From a virus, in the IMG/VR virus record IMGVR_UViG_3300020477_000001, positions 1-64,000 of that record: a stretch of 64,000 nt of DNA; one strand, 5' to 3'. Each line of letters opens with the position of its first letter. Position 1 is the stretch's first letter. The position numbers and the translations under genes are program-made. Under the pieces are notes generated by a model, which worked only from the letters and a program-made list of their open reading frames with translations, was not told the DNA's origin and did not search any database. Shown here in pieces: positions 42,201 to 51,427 of this stretch.

Positions 42201-45200
42201 CGAGATAACTCGCTAAATCATACAATGCAGTTGTATCCATTGGGGAGACCAGCACTTGATCCGCCACCAGCGTCTTGTAATTGTCATGATCAAAAATTAG
42301 TTTCGATGATCGATACTTTGTATGGTCACAATATAAGTTTGGGTGATTATTATTGGCAACCAGTAGTTAGGAAACAAAAAAGAAGAGGTGACTCTTGGGA
42401 TATTCAGCCAATAGCTCAGAGCACTTGGGAGGGCAGCAATGATCAGAGGTTGGCGAGAATGGTGTTTTACGACAATCAATTTTATACAACCGCAACCGCT
42501 GGCTTTTTTAATCATTATAAACTTTACCCAGAAAATCATGGACCAGTGAGCTCTATGGGCGGAGGTACTACTTTTGCGGGCAAGTGTTATCCTTATTATC
42601 ATTCTGACGATTTATATCTTGGGGGTTACCAAGCTATATTATCTGGGAGTAGGTATGAGGATGATTGGCATTGGAACGGACACGCAAGCAGTGACAGCCC
42701 TCATTGCCCAGCTTTCTTTAGAAATAGTGCTCAAGTGGATATAGGAGCAAACACTTATTTTTTAAATAGCATGTCTGTAGACAGACCTTACGACTTAATA
42801 GAAACTACTCCTTTTTATAAGCCAGTTGTTTATGCTGACCCAGTTCCTTGGAGAAGTTTTACAACTCATAAAAAATGGATTGGCTTGTGGCATGATACTT
42901 TATTGGGCAATGGTTATGCTCACGCCTTCAATCCAGAGTCTATAAAGCATAGGTGTCATGCTTGCAAAAATTCTTTTACGACTACCTCAAATTACTTTGG
43001 TAATTGTGTCTGTGATGATGATGAAGATAATATAGCACATTACCATGTCACAAGTTATGGGCCTCAAGTTGAAGGAGAAGCATTTTTTGGTCATTATGAC
43101 TTCATGGACGACGGCACTGATTTAGCAACTATAGACGCTTCTCACTTTATAGCGAAGCAAAGCGCGTACAACGCTCAGACTGACGCATCCAAAGGAGTTA
43201 AAATTCCAACTGATGCAAATAGGAGGGGATTGATACCGATTCATGTAGATTATCTAAATGAATCTAATAGATTTGCTAATTTCCAAGTTCTGAGAAATAT
43301 GGCAATGCCTCTTCACCACAAGAAAAATCCAAACTTAAAATTTGATTATGATGAAACACATAATCCAAATCAGTTACAGCATGGTAGAGATAATTACCGT
43401 GGGTTGATGCAGACAAATATTTACGACTTACAAGAATACCTTGCGGAGTTCAGTAAAATAGATGGGCTCTGGACTGGTTACCGAAGCTATAATGATAGCT
43501 CATATGCGGATTGGGATTATGAAGGGCTCCCTAACCAAGTTTGGAGCGAAAGGGTTGCTGGGGTTAAAACTAACGATGGAATTTACGAAATTAAACCTAT
43601 AGTTAAGGTACATAGACCCGGTCCTCATTACGAAAAGGTTTTGGATTACTTTGGGGAAACTATAATCGAGCCAACAGGCGGAGGTTATGGCTTTAATTTC
43701 TCTTCTCTCATGGCGGATACTTTCATAGGTAAGCTGCAAACATTCATGGACCCAGAAACTGTTGTTATGGGCGGCAGTGATCCATTTAAGTATGATGCTG
43801 CGGATGGGGGTATAGGGTATGGTAATGTGAGATTTGGAGATAATCAAACTGTTCGCTATGATGTCCAGAAATCAATTAATCTTTCTAGATTAAATAGAGA
43901 GCCAATTTATTCTTTCCCATCTGATATCAAGGGTAACAATATGGGCTTCAATATGAATAGGGATACCGTTTTTGCTGAAGGCATGGAGATACACCCCCAG
44001 CTTAAAGGTTATCCCGCAAATTCTCCTATTTTGTTTAATAGAAGTTCAACTATAATAGATAAATTTTACGAATATGGATGCGCTTACAGGACGGATGCTG
44101 GATTAGATAGGCCCGCGTATGGAGACAACTCTTATGCGATACGTGGAGCCCAGAGCACTCTCGATGGCGGAGAGCTTTCAGTTGGGGGTAGAAATAGTTT
44201 ATATTCTTTCCAGCACGCTAATAGAGTTCCAGAGTTTTACTCAGCGCTAAATCCGTCTTCAGAGACTATATACAACGTTGGCCAGTTTGGTAACTTAATG
44301 TTATCTGAATCTGGGTATAAATACTTACATCCAGATATTTTCAGTACAGAATTCTTAAAAGAAAATAGATTCGGAAAAGTAAGAAACAGACCCATAGGCG
44401 GATGGGACAAAATTAATCCATTTAAAAAATATCTATTTGGCTACCCAAGAGCATTTGAGTGGTTAGATAATTATTCCACTCAGCAAGAATCCGCTACGTG
44501 GAGTAGAAAGGATATTTTAGATCAACCAGTAAATTATGAAATAGACAGACATCTTTTATACTGGGGTCCGCCGAATGGAATATATCAATTTAGCGAAGTC
44601 ACGGCTAGTCCTTATGGTGAAGGCTATTGGATCGAGTGTACAGGTTATTATGATAAGTTAATGTCTGGTAATGCTACTAGCGAAGATATAGAAAACTTTA
44701 GTGGGTATTGTCCTCACATAAAAGTTAAAGACTTCATTGGTCGCACGGGCGAATTGATTTACATGAAGCCTAATCCGTATTTAGATGAGACTAAATACCT
44801 AAAGGAATCTTTTTGTAGAATATACCCAAAACTAGAGATTCAAGATGGAGATAGCTATGCTAAGGTAGTGGGCGGTTATGTTATGGACTTTACTGGAGCT
44901 TATGCTGGAAGTGGATTGTTCTTCAATAAGCCTCCTAAAATAGACTTTGAACAGCCAGAGTTTTGGCCTCCAGCTAATTCTAGCTTTACTTTTACTGACG
45001 CTCATGGAGGCTCTAAGCAGATTACGGTAGATTCAGACCACGAATCTGGCAGGGATGCAAATATATATCCAGTTTTTGATAATTACCCAAATATCCCTTG
45101 GTATGGTAGCTTTAGTTTAAGCGGGGTAGTGAGTGAGACAACCTCTGACTATGGAACTTTCCAACAGGCAACAGATGTAATTTTGGAAAACTTTTTAGCA

Positions 45201-45290
45201 AATAGATTTGGAGTGAGAAGATTTGATAATTACCCATGTTATGGGGACTTGTGGCCATCTTGTCCTCATGATGTTTCGACGGAGTTATAG
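39276..45290 (+). CDS. Giant (2004 aa) aromatic-rich putative tail-tip/receptor-binding protein
   Basis: Long ORF rich in Y/W/G/D with Cys clusters, tightly packed in the structural operon; no family recognised. Confidence 0.55.
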   Translation: MIYQDIKNAKFVPYVKTGDIANAETWNTLYSEMDMRVNSATNGRSILFLNTPIQYMVEGSSAVMAPYWMNANDPTLSQKISDNMDDVAGLIGDRQFYFISGAVTGDDGNYPHSEPKCKRCSDGMWETLGFENEASCQLGYCNYSLTDKAGWYWKLWGGLFLGDETNVHHNYKHEYFEDIQNSSFLIDVNHEKNTALIIEANGKYSRNRGRETPMWEGVINRDTAFDQRGEGFTRFNAGLLEYNAAADCPQHPFLYCQNLDNSLGVHKLTNDHPDEYISINCVATGIGSGLSGISPATGNFDSGNSNNSTFYVSGSGVCPTCDNGKWLTDTSPPFGAFYTESECRVYYGCTGHSFLEPLERIFQEVCPSGVSGVEDLKLNEKLLISYGTWSYTSQLGWEKDELYYKDSEPPAKINTSDEYDITHGTLHIENTTSQAEIFIDGSKSEYEKFKFKKEWNKYKFFRVHNLNYYDIEFEFEPEELGDGGDLSNAESLGDGQFTLNDKIYAVSECGAGGGFKFNLKAGESRCVRRDFGVYTLGYNHFQKFKQGDAKYSFSLGLMGSTTQAYPTYSDPYVKSEESNWRDFTNNVNNPFLLRKYHQTLLDNGYITLDKTWPRNWDAYYTNVETKNEAPAEISPIHTGVLPWSRLAQPREYSFKDFNPYDPETLIADLIYTTGHVLRSYVVRSGEVDQNPWAGTTAAWADPQLFEIGPSTDQIKYVFDLSLIPYSGARYFEEFLYNLGVNLAPAQPWDDSVLGYEKFRTPRSEYGGIPMMAWGWSGMWAGPHRMLAGEGLYYEGFRMGLFCVAASPGADIGLDHVMDERQKSKGVNPVKKEYEYMNAVRGGGAILPNTYGWKLGYDGTWERFIKDVNYEGNLKHSTRVDGTEDFVVLHGERDKNPDNITAISGIRKELFANWFTPTDPASIEEGAGFSGKWPTTGEPTGIAGSWYSFNSSSTNDPPDPFAYQIQVHPVSTNILGRDNSLNHTMQLYPLGRPALDPPPASCNCHDQKLVSMIDTLYGHNISLGDYYWQPVVRKQKRRGDSWDIQPIAQSTWEGSNDQRLARMVFYDNQFYTTATAGFFNHYKLYPENHGPVSSMGGGTTFAGKCYPYYHSDDLYLGGYQAILSGSRYEDDWHWNGHASSDSPHCPAFFRNSAQVDIGANTYFLNSMSVDRPYDLIETTPFYKPVVYADPVPWRSFTTHKKWIGLWHDTLLGNGYAHAFNPESIKHRCHACKNSFTTTSNYFGNCVCDDDEDNIAHYHVTSYGPQVEGEAFFGHYDFMDDGTDLATIDASHFIAKQSAYNAQTDASKGVKIPTDANRRGLIPIHVDYLNESNRFANFQVLRNMAMPLHHKKNPNLKFDYDETHNPNQLQHGRDNYRGLMQTNIYDLQEYLAEFSKIDGLWTGYRSYNDSSYADWDYEGLPNQVWSERVAGVKTNDGIYEIKPIVKVHRPGPHYEKVLDYFGETIIEPTGGGYGFNFSSLMADTFIGKLQTFMDPETVVMGGSDPFKYDAADGGIGYGNVRFGDNQTVRYDVQKSINLSRLNREPIYSFPSDIKGNNMGFNMNRDTVFAEGMEIHPQLKGYPANSPILFNRSSTIIDKFYEYGCAYRTDAGLDRPAYGDNSYAIRGAQSTLDGGELSVGGRNSLYSFQHANRVPEFYSALNPSSETIYNVGQFGNLMLSESGYKYLHPDIFSTEFLKENRFGKVRNRPIGGWDKINPFKKYLFGYPRAFEWLDNYSTQQESATWSRKDILDQPVNYEIDRHLLYWGPPNGIYQFSEVTASPYGEGYWIECTGYYDKLMSGNATSEDIENFSGYCPHIKVKDFIGRTGELIYMKPNPYLDETKYLKESFCRIYPKLEIQDGDSYAKVVGGYVMDFTGAYAGSGLFFNKPPKIDFEQPEFWPPANSSFTFTDAHGGSKQITVDSDHESGRDANIYPVFDNYPNIPWYGSFSLSGVVSETTSDYGTFQQATDVILENFLANRFGVRRFDNYPCYGDLWPSCPHDVSTEL

Positions 45291-45292
45291 TA

Positions 45293-48200
45293 ATGTCACA
45301 ATTACCAGAAGGAACAGGAAACTATAATTACACCAATTTCTCTGGGTGGACCCAATGGGACACCAGATGGAAAGATATAGGTGTAAGCTGGTATCCTTAT
45401 AAGTATTACCCTTCTGGCCATGCACAGGCTGGGGAGCCTCTAGGGTTAACGGGGCAATTTTTTACCAGAATAGAACACAATGCTGATCAATATAATTTTT
45501 TGGCTGGCTTAGTAAATTCAATTAATTATGTTAGACCAGTAACTTTCACTGATCATTTTCCTGTTTTTCAACCTTATACTAGCGGCTCACACATAGTTCC
45601 AAAGGATTGTTGGAATTTTGAAACAGAGTACAAAATCAACACACTAACATCTGATACGTTTACTTTTGACGCTGGAGTAACTTGGGAGCAAATCAAGGAT
45701 GGGATTTTAGAAAGCGGTAAGAACGATAACAGGTATGAACACGTAGGTCAAGCAGAGGGAATTCCTGTAGCTGAGGAAGATCATTTTGTTTCCTATATTA
45801 AATATAACGCAGCAAAAGATGGTAGTTCGAGTCAGAACAAATGGTTCATAAGGTACATAGAGACTTTAACTGGTTATCAATCTAGTTTTATGCATTCTAG
45901 GTATGGCTCTACTTACCGTGGGGATTATGATGCTTATGATGACAGCGAGGGTTACCCTAATTGGCTTTATGAGTTTGGTCGGCCTAATATGGCGGGTTCT
46001 AGACATGCTTTTCTTAAGGATGGATTACAGTCTGGTCAGTTGTGGAATGAACATGCTGAGAGAATGGGGATGACCATCTCTGAAGAGAGTGACATGCCTA
46101 AGCTTAATGGTCAAACCATTAATGATTATCTAGAAGAAACAGATTTAGAAATATATAATGCCAAGTACAGTTACACGATTAACCCTGCTGGGGGTGGTAG
46201 TGCAATTGCCGTTAGCTGTGATACTACCTATTCACATAAGACAGGGCTGGGTGTATTTGGTTGGAGCGGCATAGCTCGTGCAGACGGAGTCAGTATTCCA
46301 GACGGAGGTTATATAGATTGGAAAAAATCGGCTGAACATCAAGGCTTTCATCAGTCCCCAAAACCTTTGGCGTCTGGAGGTTGGCCCGGGTGGCAGGTTA
46401 TCGAGGAAGACTTGGACTATGTCGGTGGGCTTGATCTGGGTTCTACTGATGGAAAAATATTTAGAAGTGAGACAAGTCAATCTTTTTACGCCGTTAAGCA
46501 TACTCCCTCTATTTCTGAATATGTTAGAACTCCTGTAAACCCGACTTCTTACATATCAGAGAATTTAAATAATAGAGAAAACTATAATTTCAAAGGCGTT
46601 CCCTTCCAAGAAAATGACAAATTTGGTTATAGCGACAGCGATAATAAAATGACTGCCACTTGGTGGATAGTTAATAAAGAGAAATGCTCCAATGGTAAGT
46701 GGGAAGACCTAGGGTACGCAGACCAAAACGCTTGCGAAGCTGGAGAAGAAGGAGTAAACGCAAGGCTTTGGGTGGACTCGACTTCTTTACCTTTTACAAA
46801 TAATTATTCTAATAGTGATACCAGCTTTACGAATGGGTCCAACATTATGTGGACCGATATGTCTACGGTAGACGAAAAATACAAAGAGCATGGAATGTAT
46901 GGGCTGGGCGTTTCTTATAACCAACAGGCTCCTACTGGGGCTAATTTCGTTAATGCAGCAGATAAGCGGAGAAATGGATATACGACATGGGAAAGCAGTC
47001 ATTCTGTTTACGGAGGGGGAGACTTCTTTTGGGGAGAGATGATGCTGACTTGCGGTAGACCCAATACTAAGGAAACTATTACTACTACATCTTGTTGCCC
47101 TAAGTATTTTTCTTACACCACTCTCGATGGTTATGTTTATCCTGTTAGTGAGTGTTGGGTGAACGGTCAATGGGTAGGTAAGCTTGGCGGTCTTAAGTTG
47201 GGTTATGAGCCGTACTATAACCCAATGAGGGATGATTTTTCGAAAATTAATACAGATGAAAACAAAGTCAAAAGGAAAAACCTTTTAATCAATAACCCTT
47301 ACCAAACTTACGAACAGTTTTCTTATTTAAATTTTTTAAATCCATCGGCTCACCTAATGGAGGATAGAACTAACCCCTATCATCATAATAGCTATACTCC
47401 TATACCTTACAAGGGCGCTACTAATTCTTTGGGCTTCACAAGTAATGGGGTGGAAAAAACAAGATGGTTAAAGATCGCAGAGGTTAAGACAATTGCTGAC
47501 GAAATGGGTCTTCCTCTTAATATAGGAAGAATGACTGTTCCTTATAAATTTAAACATTTTACTTTTGATTATGCGTTAAACGGATATAATTTTTTGGAGT
47601 CTGGGCATATAATTTACTACGACAGGTACATGGGTTATAAGTACGGAAACAGGCAAGGCACTGCATACGACGGTTATCAAACTCCAGATATCGCCATGAG
47701 GGTTATTCCGCATGAAGTAATAAATAATCACTCCGATCCTGCGCCGAGTACTTGGACTAGTCATTTTAAGATTCAGCAAGACTTTCTGCCCCCCGAAGCG
47801 GCTAGTCCTTACAGTATGCATTGGCAGGGAGATAATAAAAGTCATGCAACAGATTGGCAGGGGTATAATGCTTGGTATGGGTATCATTGGTTGGCTAAAG
47901 ATGGATACGCAGATTCAGATTTTGAACCTTTTGATTATGGGCATAATAAGCCAGATGGGAGTGCTCCTGCTGGAAACGATTTACTAGGCATGAGAAAATT
48001 AGGCGGTTCCGTAGGTACTATACCACAAGAAAAAATAATCAATAATGTTCAAGGATACTATCCTTTAGTTAAAGAAGCTGGGCAATGGGTTATAGCTAGT
48101 GATCTATCTGAGACCGAGTGGATAAGACCAATACCTATAGGCCATTATAATAACACCGTAGCCACTAATAGGGGCTTTGGTGACTTTAATTTGTATGCCT

Positions 48201-49255
48201 CCGATTTTGTTAAGACGAATGGTGCGGGCTTACTATCTGGTAGTATAGAGACAGTAAGCACTTGGAGCGGTAATAGGTTTAACGGATTTTATAACTCATA
48301 TTTGTCAGAAACAGCGGGCATAGCTGACATAGGGTACAGGCCAGAAAATGTAACAATGGAATGGCTTGATCATATAAGAGGCTATAAAGCCACTTGGTAC
48401 TGGGGCTTGGATAGATTTATGGATAACCCTGTGTTAAAAGTAACTCCAAATGACGCAGAATACAAAGAGCACATAGCTTCAATTATATTAAATACTTACC
48501 CTAAAAGACTGTATATGCAGTATTTAGATTCCGTTAATAATGGAAGTGGTAGTGCGGTAATTAGGCATTATCAGCCAGACGTTAGGTATATAGAAAGAGA
48601 GAATAAAGAAACGCATGAATCAATATCTCACATAGTCGGTAGAAGCGATGCTGATTATGGTTCTATACTCGGAGGCTGGGGTGGTTTTACCTCTCCACTT
48701 GGCCATCATGGTGGAGTAGGGGATGGGACTGAATATGAATCCGCAAGTCCATGTAACGTGGTAGTTAATAATATTGGATATAGTCATGATAGTGGTAGTT
48801 ACAATTTTAAGGCGCATCCAGCCTTAACGCACAATCCTGTACCACTCGTCGAAACTGAATTTCTTAAGAGAGAAGTTAAACACCATGAAGGTTCGGCTGA
48901 CATGGCTAACTTGCTTGAGGATAGGGATGATGGAAGTATATCAGTAACTCAAGACGAAGACACGTCTGCGTATGACATATTTTTTAATAGTGACCCATTA
49001 TATACTAACGAAATTGGAAGGGTTGAGTATGGATTCTATTTTAATAATGGATATAAGGTAGTGGGTTCTGGCTTAGGTGACATACATATGCATACATTTA
49101 GAGCTTGGGATTATGATGTTCCAGCTAAAAGGCAGTTAACTGGAGACGCTGGCTTGCCGTTCCAAGCTATTGTTGCTGGTGAAGACGACTGGCCTCCACA
49201 TGGTCCATTTCCAGACCATGACACCCCCTTGCCAGTCGAGTGGTCTTATCCGTAG
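45293..49255 (+). CDS. Large (1320 aa) aromatic-rich putative virion protein
   Basis: Similar composition to the upstream gene and shares a C-x-x-G-x-W Cys motif with it. Confidence 0.55.
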   Translation: MSQLPEGTGNYNYTNFSGWTQWDTRWKDIGVSWYPYKYYPSGHAQAGEPLGLTGQFFTRIEHNADQYNFLAGLVNSINYVRPVTFTDHFPVFQPYTSGSHIVPKDCWNFETEYKINTLTSDTFTFDAGVTWEQIKDGILESGKNDNRYEHVGQAEGIPVAEEDHFVSYIKYNAAKDGSSSQNKWFIRYIETLTGYQSSFMHSRYGSTYRGDYDAYDDSEGYPNWLYEFGRPNMAGSRHAFLKDGLQSGQLWNEHAERMGMTISEESDMPKLNGQTINDYLEETDLEIYNAKYSYTINPAGGGSAIAVSCDTTYSHKTGLGVFGWSGIARADGVSIPDGGYIDWKKSAEHQGFHQSPKPLASGGWPGWQVIEEDLDYVGGLDLGSTDGKIFRSETSQSFYAVKHTPSISEYVRTPVNPTSYISENLNNRENYNFKGVPFQENDKFGYSDSDNKMTATWWIVNKEKCSNGKWEDLGYADQNACEAGEEGVNARLWVDSTSLPFTNNYSNSDTSFTNGSNIMWTDMSTVDEKYKEHGMYGLGVSYNQQAPTGANFVNAADKRRNGYTTWESSHSVYGGGDFFWGEMMLTCGRPNTKETITTTSCCPKYFSYTTLDGYVYPVSECWVNGQWVGKLGGLKLGYEPYYNPMRDDFSKINTDENKVKRKNLLINNPYQTYEQFSYLNFLNPSAHLMEDRTNPYHHNSYTPIPYKGATNSLGFTSNGVEKTRWLKIAEVKTIADEMGLPLNIGRMTVPYKFKHFTFDYALNGYNFLESGHIIYYDRYMGYKYGNRQGTAYDGYQTPDIAMRVIPHEVINNHSDPAPSTWTSHFKIQQDFLPPEAASPYSMHWQGDNKSHATDWQGYNAWYGYHWLAKDGYADSDFEPFDYGHNKPDGSAPAGNDLLGMRKLGGSVGTIPQEKIINNVQGYYPLVKEAGQWVIASDLSETEWIRPIPIGHYNNTVATNRGFGDFNLYASDFVKTNGAGLLSGSIETVSTWSGNRFNGFYNSYLSETAGIADIGYRPENVTMEWLDHIRGYKATWYWGLDRFMDNPVLKVTPNDAEYKEHIASIILNTYPKRLYMQYLDSVNNGSGSAVIRHYQPDVRYIERENKETHESISHIVGRSDADYGSILGGWGGFTSPLGHHGGVGDGTEYESASPCNVVVNNIGYSHDSGSYNFKAHPALTHNPVPLVETEFLKREVKHHEGSADMANLLEDRDDGSISVTQDEDTSAYDIFFNSDPLYTNEIGRVEYGFYFNNGYKVVGSGLGDIHMHTFRAWDYDVPAKRQLTGDAGLPFQAIVAGEDDWPPHGPFPDHDTPLPVEWSYP

Positions 49256-49263
49256 GATTTGAT

Positions 49264-49488
49264 ATGCTAGTTACTAAGTCAGACATAAAATACAGCGTAG
49301 CTCCCTATGGGCTTATAGGAGTTATACCTAAAGGGACAGAAGTTCTACCTTCCACTAACTTGCCCGAATGTTCAGAAGCTAAATTTTGGGCAAAGAATTG
49401 GAAAGGCATGACTGAAAAAGAAAAATCTTGGGCTAATAATTATGGGTTTTTGCTTTTTGAGGAAGAGGTAGAAAATAAAAGAAAATAA
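49264..49488 (+). CDS. Hypothetical protein
   Basis: An in-frame ATG at 49264, just after the upstream stop, is the likelier start. Confidence 0.55.
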   Translation: MLVTKSDIKYSVAPYGLIGVIPKGTEVLPSTNLPECSEAKFWAKNWKGMTEKEKSWANNYGFLLFEEEVENKRK

Positions 49489-49497
49489 AAAAGTAAT

Positions 49498-50046
49498 ATG
49501 AAAAACCATTTAGGGGGCATCTATTACAAAGACAAAATAGTAAATATTGTAAGGGAAAACATCGGTAACAAAAAAAAAGCGTTAGAGGTTTGTTGCGGCT
49601 GCGGAATTATAGGAGAAACTTTGCTTAAAAGCTCCTTAGTAGAAACTATCACTTTTTCAGACATTCAAGATTTGTCAAAAGAACATGAAGACTTCATTCA
49701 GTCTGATGCATTAGATAATATTAATGGAAAATATGACTTAGTAGTATGTAGCCCTCCTTGGTATAATTCAGAAGAACCGCCTAGCCAGTTTTTATCTAAA
49801 AAACCCAGCATACTATGGAAGGATTTAGATTGGCAATTTCATAAAAAGTTTTACAAAAAAATTATTGATATTTTAGCTGAAGATGGGTCTTTGCTTATGA
49901 CAAGCTGTTTCGGGGCTAGGCAACCCGAAGAATGGGTGGATATGTGTGATTTAAAAATTAAAAAAGTTTTTATTAATGAATCTCACATAAATAAGGCTAC
50001 TGGTAATCTCTACCCTAGTAATTATATACTATGGTGGGCACACTAA
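49498..50046 (+). CDS. Class I SAM-dependent methyltransferase (PrmC/MTS-like)
   Basis: Motif I LEVCCGCGIIG; motif IV DLVVCSPPW (NPPY variant). Confidence 0.8.
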   Translation: MKNHLGGIYYKDKIVNIVRENIGNKKKALEVCCGCGIIGETLLKSSLVETITFSDIQDLSKEHEDFIQSDALDNINGKYDLVVCSPPWYNSEEPPSQFLSKKPSILWKDLDWQFHKKFYKKIIDILAEDGSLLMTSCFGARQPEEWVDMCDLKIKKVFINESHINKATGNLYPSNYILWWAH

Positions 50047-50055
50047 GAAATTAAT

Positions 50056-50224
50056 GAGAGGGAGGATTTCTTGTTTGCCTCCAACGGCTTCGGGGTCACA
50101 GCCAAGATAGTTCAAGTCTGTCCCTACTTCGCGCCAACCTTACAGACCCCCAAGAGATTGGTGGTCTCCTAGTCCGTAACATTGCACCTTAGCTGCTATG
50201 ACAACAGCTTATTCGGTCACTCTC
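50056..50224 (-). ncRNA. manA-like structured ncRNA
   Basis: Minus strand reads GAGAGTGACCGAATAA...TAAGGTG...GGAGGCAAACAAGAAATCCTCCCTCTC, which resembles the cyanophage manA RNA as I recall it. The terminal stem and internal hairpins have G-U pairs only on the minus strand. Confidence 0.7.
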
Positions 50225-50262
50225 TTAGGGTCTCCGTCGAGTCCCTAAATTATTTAAAAGAA

Positions 50263-50667
50263 CTACTTATCTTCTTTCACGATGTACACCTTCTGTCCAT
50301 CGATAAAGACATCCCTTGCATAATGCACGGGTTCCTTTGTTTTAACGTCTACAAAGGATTCATACTTATAAGGATTATAAGTTACCTGTCTAAGCGTCTT
50401 AGGCTTCCTAGCTTTACGCTCCTCTAAAGATTTAACCTTACCTAGATCGTGAACATAACCGCGCACGGTTGCGTGGACGTTCTTCCGTCTGGTTTCTAAA
50501 ACTCTCTGCCTTCCCGCTTCGCTAACATTAAAGTCTATGCGTCCATAATGGCCCTTCTTACCAACTATCCTTATGGCGTGGGTATGCTTTACAACAAGGC
50601 CCGTTTTGCGATCTCTCACGCTCAAGCACTTCTTATGTAAGTTGTAATATACCTCTACCGATTTCAT
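50263..50667 (-). CDS. Conserved-looking phage hypothetical protein
   Basis: VYYNLHKKCLSV, VSEAGRQRVL..RRKNVHA and VTYNPYK match a phage family of unknown function that I recall. Confidence 0.65.
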   Translation of the reverse strand: MKSVEVYYNLHKKCLSVRDRKTGLVVKHTHAIRIVGKKGHYGRIDFNVSEAGRQRVLETRRKNVHATVRGYVHDLGKVKSLEERKARKPKTLRQVTYNPYKYESFVDVKTKEPVHYARDVFIDGQKVYIVKEDK

Positions 50668-51392
50668 TTTTTGTTTTTAATTCTTTGGATTAGCGTGAAG
50701 GTTAAGTCTTTTGGTATGTCTTCAACTGAAGTGTAACCTTCAGCTTTTTCGTGCCCTTCTTTTAATAGAACCTTCTGGACTGCTTCGAACGAAACATTCT
50801 TTTCTTTCATTACGCTCTTGAGTAGCGTAGATGGAGCGATTGTCTCCATTGGCGAGCTCTCAGTGCTTTGGTTGTTTGTCACATCTAGGTTGCCTAGTTC
50901 CTCTTGCCCAACAATGTTGATTTTTAAAAAGTTACGAACGCAACGAACGAAAGCTCTGTTTTCTGCGATAGGCCCAAGGAAGAACCGAGCAAAGCTTTGC
51001 GTGTTGTGTGGCGACGCGTCACCAATCGCTGAAAATGTCACCTCTTTACCCTCTGTCTCATAGTTTGGTGTCCAAGTGATGCTGCAAGTAGCGACCACAT
51101 ACTCTGGGCTTGGAGATGTAACGTCATATTTAACTGATGTGTAGCCTCTGATTTGCGCTAGCTCTTTAATACCCCCAAGTAAAATAATCAACTGGTGATC
51201 TTCTAATTTGGAAACATCAGTCTCTTGCGTCTTCTGTCTATTGGGTACGAGAAACTCTTCCTTTACCATTTTGCGCCAATCAACAAACCCATCATCAGTG
51301 AAAACATAATCTACTTTGGGCTGAGTAATCAGTCCATGATCGTCTCTTTCGATGGATTTGACTTTTTTAGCTGCTTGTTTTCTCGCTGGCAT
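50664..51392 (-). CDS. Putative Rad52/Erf-like single-strand annealing protein
   Basis: GDASPHN...IAENRAFVRCVRNFLKINIVGQEEL resembles the AETRA..RA...EE motif of this group. Confidence 0.5.
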   Translation of the reverse strand: MPARKQAAKKVKSIERDDHGLITQPKVDYVFTDDGFVDWRKMVKEEFLVPNRQKTQETDVSKLEDHQLIILLGGIKELAQIRGYTSVKYDVTSPSPEYVVATCSITWTPNYETEGKEVTFSAIGDASPHNTQSFARFFLGPIAENRAFVRCVRNFLKINIVGQEELGNLDVTNNQSTESSPMETIAPSTLLKSVMKEKNVSFEAVQKVLLKEGHEKAEGYTSVEDIPKDLTFTLIQRIKNKK

Positions 51393-51398
51393 GGTTAG

Positions 51399-51427
51399 AT
51401 AGTATTTCCTTTTTTAAGTTTAGTCAA
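51399..51427 (-). promoter_or_regulatory. Sigma70-like promoter TTGACT-17-TACTAT
   Basis: Minus strand reads TTGACT AAACTTAAAAAAGGAAA TACTAT ctaaccATG. Confidence 0.75.

Noticed and set aside
50056-50224. RNase P, 6S RNA or group I intron
   Set aside because: It lacks the RNase P GAGGAAAGUCC/P4 elements and the intron core, is multi-branched rather than a 6S-like rod, and its ends fit manA better.
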